DNA of 52,160 nucleotides from a virus (lineage: Duplodnaviria; Caudoviricetes), in the IMG/VR virus record IMGVR_UViG_3300033153_005795, positions 1 to 52,160 of that record. One strand, given 5' to 3'. Positions 1 through 9,695 of the stretch are shown piece after piece. Both the position numbers and the translations under genes were made by a program. Each line of letters opens with the position of its first letter. Position 1 is the first letter of the stretch. The notes under the pieces are model-generated. The model searched no databases. It saw nothing but the letters and a program-made list of their open reading frames with translations, and had not been told where the DNA came from.

Positions 1-114
1 ACTGTCTCTCAATTTTAGTTCTTTAGCTCCGGCATTATCACCCAGATTCATATAAAGGTGTCCTTTACTGGAAAGGAATACATAACCGGAGCCGCCAGCA
101 ACAAGAGTGGTTGA
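1..114. repeat. Terminal direct repeat, left copy (circular assembly overlap)
   Basis: Bases 1-114 are identical to 52047-52160, and an ORF reads straight through the join. Confidence 0.97.
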
Positions 115-2712
115 GCCACTTCCAGTAAATCTGGTTTCGCCACTGCTGGTAATACTTATACTACCCCAGCTTGTTGATTGGTCATCATAGCCATAAACAT
201 TTATTCCTGCACTATCAGCTTGCTGATTTACTTTTAGCCAACCATTGATATTTGTCTCGGCAGTACTTGTTAGGAAATTAAGACCAGGATAAGCAGGTCC
301 GTTACTTATTGGCGTGGTGTTGTCTTTGAGATTATTTGCGGTACAGAAAGTATTAGTAGTTGTCCCTGTAAATTGAATACCTTTATCAGCACCTTCGACA
401 GAATTGTTTGTAATTATACAATCATTTACATCGGCGACCTCAATGCCTACATCCATATCGCCTGAATTACTTATTACATTATTGGTTATACTGTGATGTC
501 CATCCCCATTTGTGTAACCACGAGTAAGCCAAATGCCATAATGAGTACCGGCAGTAGTTAATTCATTGTGCATAATGTTATTACTAACAATGCAATCCTG
601 CCCCAGTTCGATAGTTATGAAGGTAGAATAATCATCTTGATTAGCACTCCAAATTATATTCTGGACGATATTTAACTTCTTGGAAGCATAACCATATATT
701 CCACACTTCTTATTATACGCTATGTAACAGCCAGAAATATATGCCTGCTCAACGTGTGTAAGGTGAATACCGTGTCCCCCGTTAGTTTCAGGAATACAGT
801 TCCTAAAAATAATGCCCCAGCCATCTTCAAAATAAAAACCATCTTCAGCATTATTATGAGAAAAAACTCTGTCAAACAGCATATCCATCGGAGTGTAACT
901 GCCATAGACGTGAATACCATTTCCAGAGGTATTGTTACTCTTATTGCCATCAAGAAATATATCAGCAACTTTAATAAATGTTGGGTCGCCTTCTGGAAAA
1001 TTAGAAGAATTGTAATCGATTATATCACAATTAGCTCCATTGGCCAGGCGTAATTTAGTCCCACCCTGACTTGTTCCCGTTGAGGCTCCTAAAAGAGTAC
1101 AATGAGGTACTAATGAGATTGTATCTGTAATATCAAATAAGCCGGACGTGAGGTAAATAACTCCTCCTTTGCTCGGTAACGCAGCTATTGCGGCATTTAT
1201 TTGAATATCATCTGCCGCGCCATCACAAACATAATCCGCCTGGTCTTTTTCTGTTTGACTTGCATCGCTTGAAGCAATTACAAAAGTTGCAGTTCGGCCT
1301 GTTGGGGCATCTATGGAATTAAACGTTACGTCATCGGTAGTCGCCAAGTTCTGGTCGCCGTCAAAAGTCGAGATAGTACCGAGACCATCAATCACAGCAC
1401 CATCGGCAGAGACGTCCCGACCGTCAACAGTCTCGTTGGCATTCATTGTTATCGAGCCAGTAAGCTCGACATCGCCGAGATAAGAAGTGTCATCAACATA
1501 CAGACGCCACCATTTGTATGTTGCGTTGCCTAAATTAAAACTTGCTTCTTCAGAGGGTACTAAATCGCACTCGCAACCATAACCTGCTGCATTGTTTACT
1601 GTGAGATACTGGGTTGCATTAAGTTCGTCGCCTGTTATCTTGCCCGTAGTAGTAAGGTCGTGGCCTCCCAAATCTACATTACTGGCAGCGCCAGAATAAG
1701 GAACAAATATAGTCTCCAGTACTTCCAGATTAGTTGGAGCTTCTATGAAAGATAAATAATCAGTCCCGCAGTGTATAGTAATTTCAGGGGCATTCCCAGA
1801 GCCAGAAACATCGGCGTACAATTTCAGTGCTAACCTCGAACCCGACCCCAAGTCGTAATCCTCATCAAGCAATAAAGCAGCAATATAATTGTCTAACGTA
1901 TCAACTTCGCTGCTATACATTGAAGTTCCTATTAGATTTTCAACACCGCCGGTAGTCCTTTCGTATAGCTTGAAATAAATCCTTAAATCTTCTGTTCCCG
2001 ATGTTTTCTCGGCAAATAATACCCCTTCGTGAAGTCCTTTTATCGCCTTGCTCAACTCTACGCCTGTCTCTGTAATCCAGGTTGCTATCAGGTCGTTATC
2101 TGACAAATCGGAAACGACTATCGTATTATCGGCAAAGCCAGGAGCAGAAAGCGTTCCAAGATAATATCCGGTATCTCCATCTATTGAGTCGGTTGTATAA
2201 AACCTAATTCCAAAAGCCGATGCAACTTCATCTACGTATTCCTTATCTATCAATTCGTGAGCGTAAGAAAATGGCGGATGGTCAACAGCAAGTCTTGGCA
2301 TCCCATTTGATATTGTTTGAGGAGTTGTCTGGTCTAACTTCAACAAGGTAGGACTTGTTTCTACGACAGAGTCAAATGTTCCTGTACCCGTAGTGGTAAA
2401 ACCATATGGCCCAATATCTATATTTGAATTGGCATTACTACCGTCTCTCTTGAGAGCATCTATTGTTGTTGCAGTATCGGTGTCTTTGTCGAAATAGTTT
2501 CCGTACGGCTGGACATCTTCGCCGATGACCAATCCCAGTGTAATCCGCTGTGCGGCAGCACTGGTATCGTCAAGTATGGCTCGGCCTGCGGCAGTTATGG
2601 TGGTCTCTGCCCAAGTATGTGCTGCAGTGGTATAGAGCATCTTATCCGCTGCCGTACCCAGAGCAACAATAGAAGCTAAAGAAGCTAAATTAGGAGTCAG
2701 TAGTGCTAACAT
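1..2712 (-). CDS. Tailspike/receptor-binding protein with pectin-lyase-like beta-helix, 5' part (continues at 52046..51612; ~1048 aa total)
   Basis: Translated by hand from ATG at 2712 (MLALLTPNLASL...), open to base 1. Contains YVCDGAADDIQINAAIAALPSKGGVIYL (typical beta-helix cap), followed by N/I/G-rich rungs (DGNKSNNTSGNGIHV, SITNNVIVN, IITNNSVE). Confidence 0.85.
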   Translation of the reverse strand, partial: MLALLTPNLASLASIVALGTAADKMLYTTAAHTWAETTITAAGRAILDDTSAAAQRITLGLVIGEDVQPYGNYFDKDTDTATTIDALKRDGSNANSNIDIGPYGFTTTGTGTFDSVVETSPTLLKLDQTTPQTISNGMPRLAVDHPPFSYAHELIDKEYVDEVASAFGIRFYTTDSIDGDTGYYLGTLSAPGFADNTIVVSDLSDNDLIATWITETGVELSKAIKGLHEGVLFAEKTSGTEDLRIYFKLYERTTGGVENLIGTSMYSSEVDTLDNYIAALLLDEDYDLGSGSRLALKLYADVSGSGNAPEITIHCGTDYLSFIEAPTNLEVLETIFVPYSGAASNVDLGGHDLTTTGKITGDELNATQYLTVNNAAGYGCECDLVPSEEASFNLGNATYKWWRLYVDDTSYLGDVELTGSITMNANETVDGRDVSADGAVIDGLGTISTFDGDQNLATTDDVTFNSIDAPTGRTATFVIASSDASQTEKDQADYVCDGAADDIQINAAIAALPSKGGVIYLTSGLFDITDTISLVPHCTLLGASTGTSQGGTKLRLANGANCDIIDYNSSNFPEGDPTFIKVADIFLDGNKSNNTSGNGIHVYGSYTPMDMLFDRVFSHNNAEDGFYFEDGWGIIFRNCIPETNGGHGIHLTHVEQAYISGCYIAYNKKCGIYGYASKKLNIVQNIIWSANQDDYSTFITIELGQDCIVSNNIMHNELTTAGTHYGIWLTRGYTNGDGHHSITNNVISNSGDMDVGIEVADVNDCIITNNSVEGADKGIQFTGTTTNTFCTANNLKDNTTPISNGPAYPGLNFLTSTAETNINGWLKVNQQADSAGINVYGYDDQSTSWGSISITSSGETRFTGSGSTTLVAGGSGYVFLSSKGHLYMNLGDNAGAKELKLRDS

Positions 2713-2897
2713 CCTTTCAGTCCCTCGATCATTTCGTTAAGTTTCTTCTGTGCTTCTTCCGTCTCCTGCGAAATAAGTAAGCCGAGGCGGGTCAAATCTT
2801 TTTCCACCTCGGCCATGTCGATAAGAATGCGGAGAAGGTGCTGGCGAACTTCCAGCAGATTCCGCCTAACCTCTTCTATATCACCTATAGCATACAT
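2706..2897 (-). CDS. Small coiled-coil hypothetical protein
   Basis: 63-aa ORF with heptad-like L/E/R pattern; its stop overlaps the tailspike start. Confidence 0.65.
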   Translation of the reverse strand: MYAIGDIEEVRRNLLEVRQHLLRILIDMAEVEKDLTRLGLLISQETEEAQKKLNEMIEGLKGC

Positions 2898-2924
2898 CCT
2901 ATTATCCGCCCTGCCCCGCAGATG

Positions 2925-3128
2925 CTACGTTACAATTCTGATAACCAGCATCGAAGAGGCCGCTATAAAAGCAGCTATTATCGCTGCGAAAAGAGACCAT
3001 AGTTGTTTCGTCTGTGCAGTATGTTCGTGAAGGTGATTATTTACCGCCTGTTTTAACCATGCTACGTCTCGGCGGACTTCGAGAAGTATATCATGGTCTG
3101 ACTCACGTTGTTCTGTTCCGTTTGCCAT
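2925..3128 (-). CDS. Small membrane protein (coiled coil plus C-terminal TM helix; holin-like architecture)
   Basis: LWSLFAAIIAAFIAASSMLVI hydrophobic C-terminus; 1-nt overlap with the upstream gene. Confidence 0.6.
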   Translation of the reverse strand: MANGTEQRESDHDILLEVRRDVAWLKQAVNNHLHEHTAQTKQLWSLFAAIIAAFIAASSMLVIRIVT

Positions 3129-3508
3129 TAGTGATGTACTCCATATAACCTGTCAGATAATGCGTTGCCTTGATCCTGCAATTTGTGCAGATGATCACTT
3201 TCAGCATTGCGGAGTTGTCGCCTTATGTCTGATGTGGAGAGAGGAGCCAGCAGTCGCCGCCGCAGTCCTTCTGCGAGATGTCTGTTGAAATTACCCAGAC
3301 TGTATCCCATATTCAGCACATCCACAAACCATCTTTTAGGTTGGTTGAGCCAGAGAGCAATTACGAATGTATGTTCCAGTCTGTGGTAATATGTGAACAG
3401 CCGTTCCTTTAGATAAGGATCGGAGACTTGCCGCTTACACCACGCAAGTATCCCTGATTCAAGGATCCTGTGTTGCCTCGGATCGTAATGACAGGCAAGA
3501 CCAAACAT
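3128..3508 (-). CDS. Hypothetical protein in the head module
   Basis: 126-aa ORF in operon context, with a GGAGG-type SD. Confidence 0.7.
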   Translation of the reverse strand: MFGLACHYDPRQHRILESGILAWCKRQVSDPYLKERLFTYYHRLEHTFVIALWLNQPKRWFVDVLNMGYSLGNFNRHLAEGLRRRLLAPLSTSDIRRQLRNAESDHLHKLQDQGNALSDRLYGVHH

Positions 3509-3523
3509 AAGGCAAACCCTCCA

Positions 3524-4459
3524 TTACGTAGCCGCCGGACAAAGGATACCGGAAACATCTACCGTATCACAGTGGTAACACTCGAACGATTTGCACGAAC
3601 CTGGATCCACGCCAGTCGCCTGTGTCATATCATTCACATAGCAGTTGTAAGCCAGTATTCCAGTACAGGCCGAGATTAGCTCGATTGAATGATCACCTGT
3701 CTGTGTATTCTCCAGATAACAATGCTCAATCAACAGGTTTGTGAGAACTTTGCCGGTTGGATTGTGGATGCAAGCGTTGGCGAAATCACCAATAATCCGG
3801 CAGTTGGAAATCTGTACGTTGTTTTCAACTTCTTCAAGTTCGATGGCTTCGTCTGCTCCGGCATTCGGTGCCAGGAAAGTGCAGTTCTTTATTACCATAT
3901 CATCGGCAGCATTGGCTGCTCCACTCGTCGAAACAGCCAGCGTAGCTTGTTTGGTCGAATTAGCCATCAATACATAACAGTCGCACAGGGTAAAGAAAGC
4001 GGCTCCCACATCAATAGGCATTGCAACCTCATCTATGCCCGTCGCATCAATATAGAAATTTGTAACTGTACAGTTAGCAGCATCTATATCGAATGCTTTG
4101 GCTCCGGTATGCGATAGCGTGAGTGTCGGACGAAGGCTGCCGCTGCCGACGCCGATGATTGTAACGCCCGCAACATCGCAGGTTACAAGAGCCCCACTTG
4201 CAGACTTTGTTTCCGTGTGCCCTGGAGCAACCAGAATTATATCGCCCTGGTTTGCTGTACATTTTCCTATGGCATAATCGACTGTAGCAAACGGCATATC
4301 CCAGGAGTTACCATGCTCTCCGTCATTAGCATCGGTTGCATTGGTCGCACCACTATCAACGAAAAACACGTTGGCATTGCTTAACAGTTTTACCCCCAGG
4401 TTCGACAGGACGGGCATAATATCCCATCCGTACTTGTGAATCAAATCATAAGCTTTCAT
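3524..4459 (-). CDS. Beta-helix virion protein (head fibre/decoration candidate)
   Basis: FFVDSG..GNSWDMPFATVDYAI..GDIILVAPGH is a typical beta-helix N-cap, followed by IKNCTF/ISNCRI rungs; directly downstream of the capsid gene. Confidence 0.7.
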   Translation of the reverse strand: MKAYDLIHKYGWDIMPVLSNLGVKLLSNANVFFVDSGATNATDANDGEHGNSWDMPFATVDYAIGKCTANQGDIILVAPGHTETKSASGALVTCDVAGVTIIGVGSGSLRPTLTLSHTGAKAFDIDAANCTVTNFYIDATGIDEVAMPIDVGAAFFTLCDCYVLMANSTKQATLAVSTSGAANAADDMVIKNCTFLAPNAGADEAIELEEVENNVQISNCRIIGDFANACIHNPTGKVLTNLLIEHCYLENTQTGDHSIELISACTGILAYNCYVNDMTQATGVDPGSCKSFECYHCDTVDVSGILCPAAT

Positions 4460-4500
4460 TTCATTTTACCTCAACTATTACTACCCTAAACTAATTAAAT

Positions 4501-4556
4501 ACCGGGGGCAATGTGTATGAAAGGAGAAGGCAATGATGGCAAGCATTGCCCCCGGT
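4501..4556 (-). terminator. Long-loop hairpin after the capsid gene (terminator or mRNA stabiliser)
   Basis: Perfect 13-bp inverted repeat ACCGGGGGCAATG (4501-4513) / CATTGCCCCCGGT (4544-4556), followed by AT-rich sequence on the minus strand. Confidence 0.6.
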
Positions 4557-4570
4557 TAGCCCTTAAACCA

Positions 4571-6154
4571 TTAAACCATCGTTGCTTCGGTCAAGCCAGT
4601 CAGCTTCACTCCACGTGGATCGACAGGTGCGACCAGTTTGTACTGCCAGAACGGAGCCTGTACGTATGACAGCGGATTACCACTGCTGTCCACGACAGTC
4701 ATAAAGATACCGGTATGCCCTGCTACCGGAGCAAGGAATTCGATTTCTGCACTCACACGACTGTCGGAACCACCGACCCGTGGAGGAACATATCGTTTGA
4801 TATTCCCGCCCTTAAGTTTCAAGCCATACAATCTTCCTGTCAAGCACATTGGGCTGATAACCCACTGGAGATCACGTCCGTTGAAACTATACGTAATCTT
4901 ACTCCAACCGCCGGCTACATCGAGAGCCTTGCCGGTTCTCTCATAGACATAACGGTTGTTGTAAAGACTCGGCTGTTCCAGATACTTCAAACTGATACCC
5001 TGCGTCGAAATAATCGTATCGAGTGATTGACCCGGATAAGCATCCAGATAACCACCGATATAATTATTCATCACAGTTTCGGTGAGTGGGCCGTTGACAG
5101 TTACAACCTGCGACTTGAACTGTGGATAATATGTCAGATCCAGTGCTTCCGCAGCGGCACCTCCGCCCATCAGCTTACCGGAACTCTTTATCCAATCCTC
5201 AAGCCCCCAGCTCATCATAGGACGACCAACACTATTGGCCGTTGTATTTGCCAATACCAGCCAATCATCTGCCGCAGCAGCCTGGCCGTTCTGGAATATG
5301 TCGCCGCTTGAACCCGAACCATAGTTAGGCTTCCCGCCGTCAACGGTATCAGTCGGGGCGAGGGTGATTGTATTGGTCAAATAATCAACCATTACCACCG
5401 TCAACTGTACGTAGTGCTCGGTCGTGTGCTCGTAGTTACGCACATCCGTACCGTCTGTTGCTGTACCGGTTTGAATCTCACCGCTACTGTCTGCTACTAT
5501 ATCGATAACCTGCCCAGGACGGAAGTTGTGGCATCTACCATAATCGGTATCCAGAACAATATCGATATAGTCGGTCAGCGTACCATTCTCGGCAATTGAA
5601 GAAATTCGCCCAAGAACCGTTACATCGTAAGTTCCATCGTTGGCTGTTGCGTGGAAGAAACTGGCAGCTTCTACCAGTGCGTGTAGATTCCCTACTTCCT
5701 TAATATCACGAGCGACCTGCTTGATCTGTGCAGCCTCCAATTTGTCGGTCTGCAACCACACGACAGGAATATTGAAGTTACCCGTGGTCATATGGAGAGT
5801 AAGCTCACGCTTCAGGCTCGAAGTATGAGGTGCACGTTCAGCTTTCGGGAATATAGCCACATCATCGGCAGCAGTTCCCAGCCCAAGCAGACCAGCCTGA
5901 CTACCTGTTATGCTCGTCATAGCAGGGCCAGCAGGATTGGCATTCTGGATCAAACCAGCCAAACCAGTTGAAAACAAGTGAATCACCTTCCAGCCCCGCC
6001 CAATCCCGGCAGCCCCGGTAGTATCCCGTGTTACATCGATACTCGTCGATTGAATCTGACTGTATATCGGAGCGATAGCTGGCAGAGATTCGTTAATGAC
6101 TCTTGGGAGTTCTTCCCGGACAATATTGTCCAGATGTCCCATAGCGTCTGCCAT
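4571..6154 (-). CDS. Major capsid protein (with insertion domain)
   Basis: Position after portal and scaffold; 527 aa; capsid-like C-terminus (VAPVDPRGVKLTGLTE) and MSWGLEDWI segment; central beta-rich insertion. Confidence 0.75.
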   Translation of the reverse strand: MADAMGHLDNIVREELPRVINESLPAIAPIYSQIQSTSIDVTRDTTGAAGIGRGWKVIHLFSTGLAGLIQNANPAGPAMTSITGSQAGLLGLGTAADDVAIFPKAERAPHTSSLKRELTLHMTTGNFNIPVVWLQTDKLEAAQIKQVARDIKEVGNLHALVEAASFFHATANDGTYDVTVLGRISSIAENGTLTDYIDIVLDTDYGRCHNFRPGQVIDIVADSSGEIQTGTATDGTDVRNYEHTTEHYVQLTVVMVDYLTNTITLAPTDTVDGGKPNYGSGSSGDIFQNGQAAAADDWLVLANTTANSVGRPMMSWGLEDWIKSSGKLMGGGAAAEALDLTYYPQFKSQVVTVNGPLTETVMNNYIGGYLDAYPGQSLDTIISTQGISLKYLEQPSLYNNRYVYERTGKALDVAGGWSKITYSFNGRDLQWVISPMCLTGRLYGLKLKGGNIKRYVPPRVGGSDSRVSAEIEFLAPVAGHTGIFMTVVDSSGNPLSYVQAPFWQYKLVAPVDPRGVKLTGLTEATMV

Positions 6155-6184
6155 AATTCAATACCTCGCTTTCCAATTTATCAA

Positions 6185-6209
6185 ATACTAAAATTAAACA
6201 TTTTAGTAT
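6185..6209. promoter_or_regulatory. AT-rich 10-bp inverted repeat just upstream of the capsid start
   Basis: ATACTAAAAT-taaac-ATTTTAGTAT, about 30 nt before the capsid ATG; operator or leader hairpin. Confidence 0.4.
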
Positions 6210-6299
6210 GAAATTAGTATATTCCTACTACCTACATATATGGTCAACGAGGGCTTCCGACTATTCTGAATACCACCGCCACGTTACTTCTCTACTTCT

Positions 6300-7259
6300 T
6301 TACTTCCTTGCTTTACGGAACGCCTGCAATACCTTTTGCTGTACTCTCTGTACTACGTTGTCTTCGTAACCTTCCTCGGTAGATGGTACTCTTTTAATCG
6401 GTTCGTCGGTTTGAACTTCTGCTGGCAACGTACCGGACGGCCCAAGTCCCAATATATTCGGAACGGGTTGCTCGGACGCCCTACTTGGAATACCGAACTT
6501 TTTCAGATCGCTGCGTGTTGCCTGTATAGCATCAGCGATCAGTTCGGGTCCATATTGTTCACCCGCAAGAATAATCCTCCGTTGAACGTCCTCGAACACT
6601 TTTTTCTGTACTACCTCATCAAACCCTGCTGCATCCTTCACTGTCTCCTTCATTTTAGCAATTATATCATCTTTGTCAAGAGCCTCCTTGATTTCCTTCT
6701 TCACAAGAGCAATTGCCGCATCCATCTGGGTCTGCTTGGCCCCAGTCAGAATCTGCTTTACCTCATCAGGCAGGTCATCCATAGTCAATTTCTGCCGCTG
6801 CTGCTGCCCCGCAGAGGGGGTCGAAGCATTCGTCTCTGTTTGTGTGCCTGAATTGGGGTCTTCCTCTTCTTCGAGCCAGGCCGCCAATTCGCCTGCATCG
6901 AGTTTCAGGAGACCTGCCAATTCTGTAATATCTGCCTTGCTGGGGGGATTTGTACTGTCGGAGAGTCTGTCGAACAGCTCCATTGCTCTTGTTCCTCGCT
7001 GTGCCTTTTCTCGAAGGGCGGCTGCTTCCTGGAAGCGTTTATCCGCCCCGGCTGATTTCTGGGCAAGATTGATCAGTTCATCACGGCTTACCACTTTTTC
7101 GATTCCGTCCACTTTGATGGTGTATTCCTCCTCTCCTTTAGGTTTACTTTTGGGTTCATTTTCTGCAGCAGTAGTAGTAGCAGTAGCAGCAGTACCTTTC
7201 GTGTTTTCTGTTGTGCTTGTTGCACCATTTTCGTTTTCTTCGGGTGGCATAATATTCAT
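6300..7259 (-). CDS. Capsid scaffolding protein
   Basis: Acidic, low-complexity N-terminus, YTIKVDGIEKVVSRDELI motif typical of scaffolds, helical remainder; lies between portal and capsid. Confidence 0.8.
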   Translation of the reverse strand: MNIMPPEENENGATSTTENTKGTAATATTTAAENEPKSKPKGEEEYTIKVDGIEKVVSRDELINLAQKSAGADKRFQEAAALREKAQRGTRAMELFDRLSDSTNPPSKADITELAGLLKLDAGELAAWLEEEEDPNSGTQTETNASTPSAGQQQRQKLTMDDLPDEVKQILTGAKQTQMDAAIALVKKEIKEALDKDDIIAKMKETVKDAAGFDEVVQKKVFEDVQRRIILAGEQYGPELIADAIQATRSDLKKFGIPSRASEQPVPNILGLGPSGTLPAEVQTDEPIKRVPSTEEGYEDNVVQRVQQKVLQAFRKARK

Positions 7260-7324
7260 CCTTTCAAATTAAGGGTAAAACATATAGTTCGGAATGGACA
7301 TCCATCCGCTCATCCACTTATTCG

Positions 7325-9367
7325 CTACATCACCGGAGATTCTGTGGGTGCTGTGGGTGCAGTGGGTAATCCTTCCATTTCACTCATCATTTTCATTTGA
7401 TCTAATGTCTGCTGGGCAGATTCTTCAGGAGGAGGCAATTGTTCCGGGTACTGACCCAGACCTGTCATATGTTGTGCACGGTGTTCGGCAAATTTATCAC
7501 GAACTGCCGCAGATGCGGCATAAAACTCCGGGCGGGCCATAAAGGCATCCAGTACCATCAGGTGGACTTCGTGCAGATCACGTTCACTCCATATTACCTG
7601 GCCGGGCACAGTACCATCACCAAACATAACAATATTCTCAAGCATAGCTCGCCGGTAGTTCTGCCATTCCAGATCACTCCCTACCGGCAGATCCAATCCT
7701 CGCTTTCGGGCTTCGATACGATATTCGATTGGAGTAATAATACCGGCTTTCAATGCTTCATTTAATTCCATCTTCTGCTGTTCAGGTGATTTCGGCTCAT
7801 CGGATTTGATGGTGATTTCAATTTCGTCCGGGTGTGGAAGTGCATTTTCAGCCAGTGTAATCGTTCCATCGTTTGCGTTGAACTTGATACCTGCAAGGGT
7901 ATCGTCGAGCATAGTCATATCAATAATCTTATCTTCCTTCCATATCCCCCTGATAAGACCAAGCATAGATTTGTAACAGCCGCTTACCCCAAGAGCTATG
8001 CTCTTTGCAACGGACGAAAGCGGAACACGAGATAGCTCGTACAGCAGTCCGAGTCCCGACGATGAATCCACTCGTCCCGGAGCATCTCCTGCCATCAACT
8101 CGGTAGGCTGATTAGCAATGTCATCCATTATCTTTAGACCCGTCTCCAGTATCTTTGCAGCAAATATTCCCGGACTCACCGGTTTGACCTGCTGTGGGGA
8201 AATAGGCTGGGGGCTTGTCCAGTCCACTTCGTACCGGAGTCGTTTTATTCCATCTGCTCCCCGCTCCGCTTCTGCGGGGATACCGGCAGTAGAAGGTTCC
8301 AGCAGGAAGCCAAACAGATCCCAATCCTGTGCATTCTGGAACATACGACCGATGGTATATTCAAGTTCCGCATTGATTGGAATAAGAGTATCCACATAGC
8401 TCGGAGGATAGAATGCTCCAGTCTGAATATCACCAACTATACGTATCGGGCGATGGATCTTTCGCTGTGAATAATCGGTGCGGTACAGTTGTCGATAGCG
8501 CTCCTCGTTACCCGCAAAGACAATATACTCTGCAAGATAGTCATCCGGTGTCCACGTCCATACTTCTACAAAATTAGTTACTTTTTCGTGAGTTTTGTCG
8601 GTTTTCTTGCCAACTCCTTTTCCTCCAGACGGATAGTTATTGAACGATACAGAGAACGCATTGCTGCCTCCTGGGGAGATACTACCTTGAAATCTGTTGT
8701 GAGCACGAGAAGGTATCTGACCTGTTGCCACTTCGACAGTAGGTATTTCTTTATAGACGGCTGCCTGTCTGCTTGGCGTTATCATAAGATCCTGTACCCA
8801 GGTGAGTGGTACAGTACGAAATCGTATAATCCCACGCACATCGCCAGCAGAAGCAACGTGAGGAGGTATCGGCAGCAATTCCCAGGGCATTACGACTTCG
8901 ATACCCATCGAATCTTCGTCCTCGATCCATACCATCAATCCAGCCATACCATAGATCAGAACAGTTGGCAGCAAATCCTGCAGTAGTTTTCCTACTTTAT
9001 CAGATGGAAACGCAACGTTCAGTGCCGCTTGTGCAATTCCTCTCTTACGCATACCCTGAAGGCTTATTCCTTTCTGCTTCGTTGCAGGAGCCAGATCCAG
9101 AGCCAACAATCGTCCGAGCTGCGTTTGATATTTCGAGAGTATCCTATCCAACTGGAAGTTCAGCACTCCCGACTCGTCCGTATAAGCTACCTGAAGTGAG
9201 CCGGTCTGATAATTTAGATCTGTAAAGTTTCGAGCACCACGCAAATACCAATGAGCAAGCCACCACTTTATCGCCCGTGGAGCTTGCATCTGTCTGCCTG
9301 CGGCTATCAAGTTTGCGATAACCTCCTCCGACTGTCTCTTATCTTTGGGTATAGTCTGTTGATACAT
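7325..9367 (-). CDS. Portal protein (P22/podovirus-type size)
   Basis: 680 aa, downstream of TerL; AGDAPGRVDSSSGL and C-terminal DLHEVHL..H motifs resemble large portals. Confidence 0.8.
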   Translation of the reverse strand: MYQQTIPKDKRQSEEVIANLIAAGRQMQAPRAIKWWLAHWYLRGARNFTDLNYQTGSLQVAYTDESGVLNFQLDRILSKYQTQLGRLLALDLAPATKQKGISLQGMRKRGIAQAALNVAFPSDKVGKLLQDLLPTVLIYGMAGLMVWIEDEDSMGIEVVMPWELLPIPPHVASAGDVRGIIRFRTVPLTWVQDLMITPSRQAAVYKEIPTVEVATGQIPSRAHNRFQGSISPGGSNAFSVSFNNYPSGGKGVGKKTDKTHEKVTNFVEVWTWTPDDYLAEYIVFAGNEERYRQLYRTDYSQRKIHRPIRIVGDIQTGAFYPPSYVDTLIPINAELEYTIGRMFQNAQDWDLFGFLLEPSTAGIPAEAERGADGIKRLRYEVDWTSPQPISPQQVKPVSPGIFAAKILETGLKIMDDIANQPTELMAGDAPGRVDSSSGLGLLYELSRVPLSSVAKSIALGVSGCYKSMLGLIRGIWKEDKIIDMTMLDDTLAGIKFNANDGTITLAENALPHPDEIEITIKSDEPKSPEQQKMELNEALKAGIITPIEYRIEARKRGLDLPVGSDLEWQNYRRAMLENIVMFGDGTVPGQVIWSERDLHEVHLMVLDAFMARPEFYAASAAVRDKFAEHRAQHMTGLGQYPEQLPPPEESAQQTLDQMKMMSEMEGLPTAPTAPTESPVM

Positions 9368-9377
9368 ATTGTAACTC

Positions 9378-9695
9378 CTACAGCCCCTGCTTTATCCTTA
9401 TACCGTGCCCTTTACTCTTCTCTACAGGAGGTACTGGGGGGTTCTTTGGGGTAATTATATTCCGAGGCTGCCGAGCTCTCTGGGCGATACCTGCCAGCCG
9501 GCTGGCAGCCTGCATTCCTCCTCGATCATAAACCTTCATAATACTATCACGTGCCGACAGTTTCTCGACATTACGTACCAGCTCACGTACAGCCCACGCC
9601 AGGCTATAAATGGTCAGCACCATAGAACCCAGTGTAAATACAACAAGAAGCAGCACGGCAGTATTAACCGATAACATTTGGTCTGCTAATATCAT
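9378..9695 (-). CDS. Membrane-anchored hypothetical protein
   Basis: One TM helix (AVLLLVVFTLGSMVLTIYSLAW); start moved to the SD-supported ATG at 9695. Confidence 0.6.
   Translation of the reverse strand: MILADQMLSVNTAVLLLVVFTLGSMVLTIYSLAWAVRELVRNVEKLSARDSIMKVYDRGGMQAASRLAGIAQRARQPRNIITPKNPPVPPVEKSKGHGIRIKQGL

Noticed and set aside
1-114. 114-bp terminal repeat as a biological DTR
   Set aside because: It falls in the middle of the tailspike ORF, so it is best explained as assembler overlap of a circular or permuted sequence.
720-1053. ORFs 720..968 and 754..1053
   Set aside because: Both lie within the longer tailspike reading frame.
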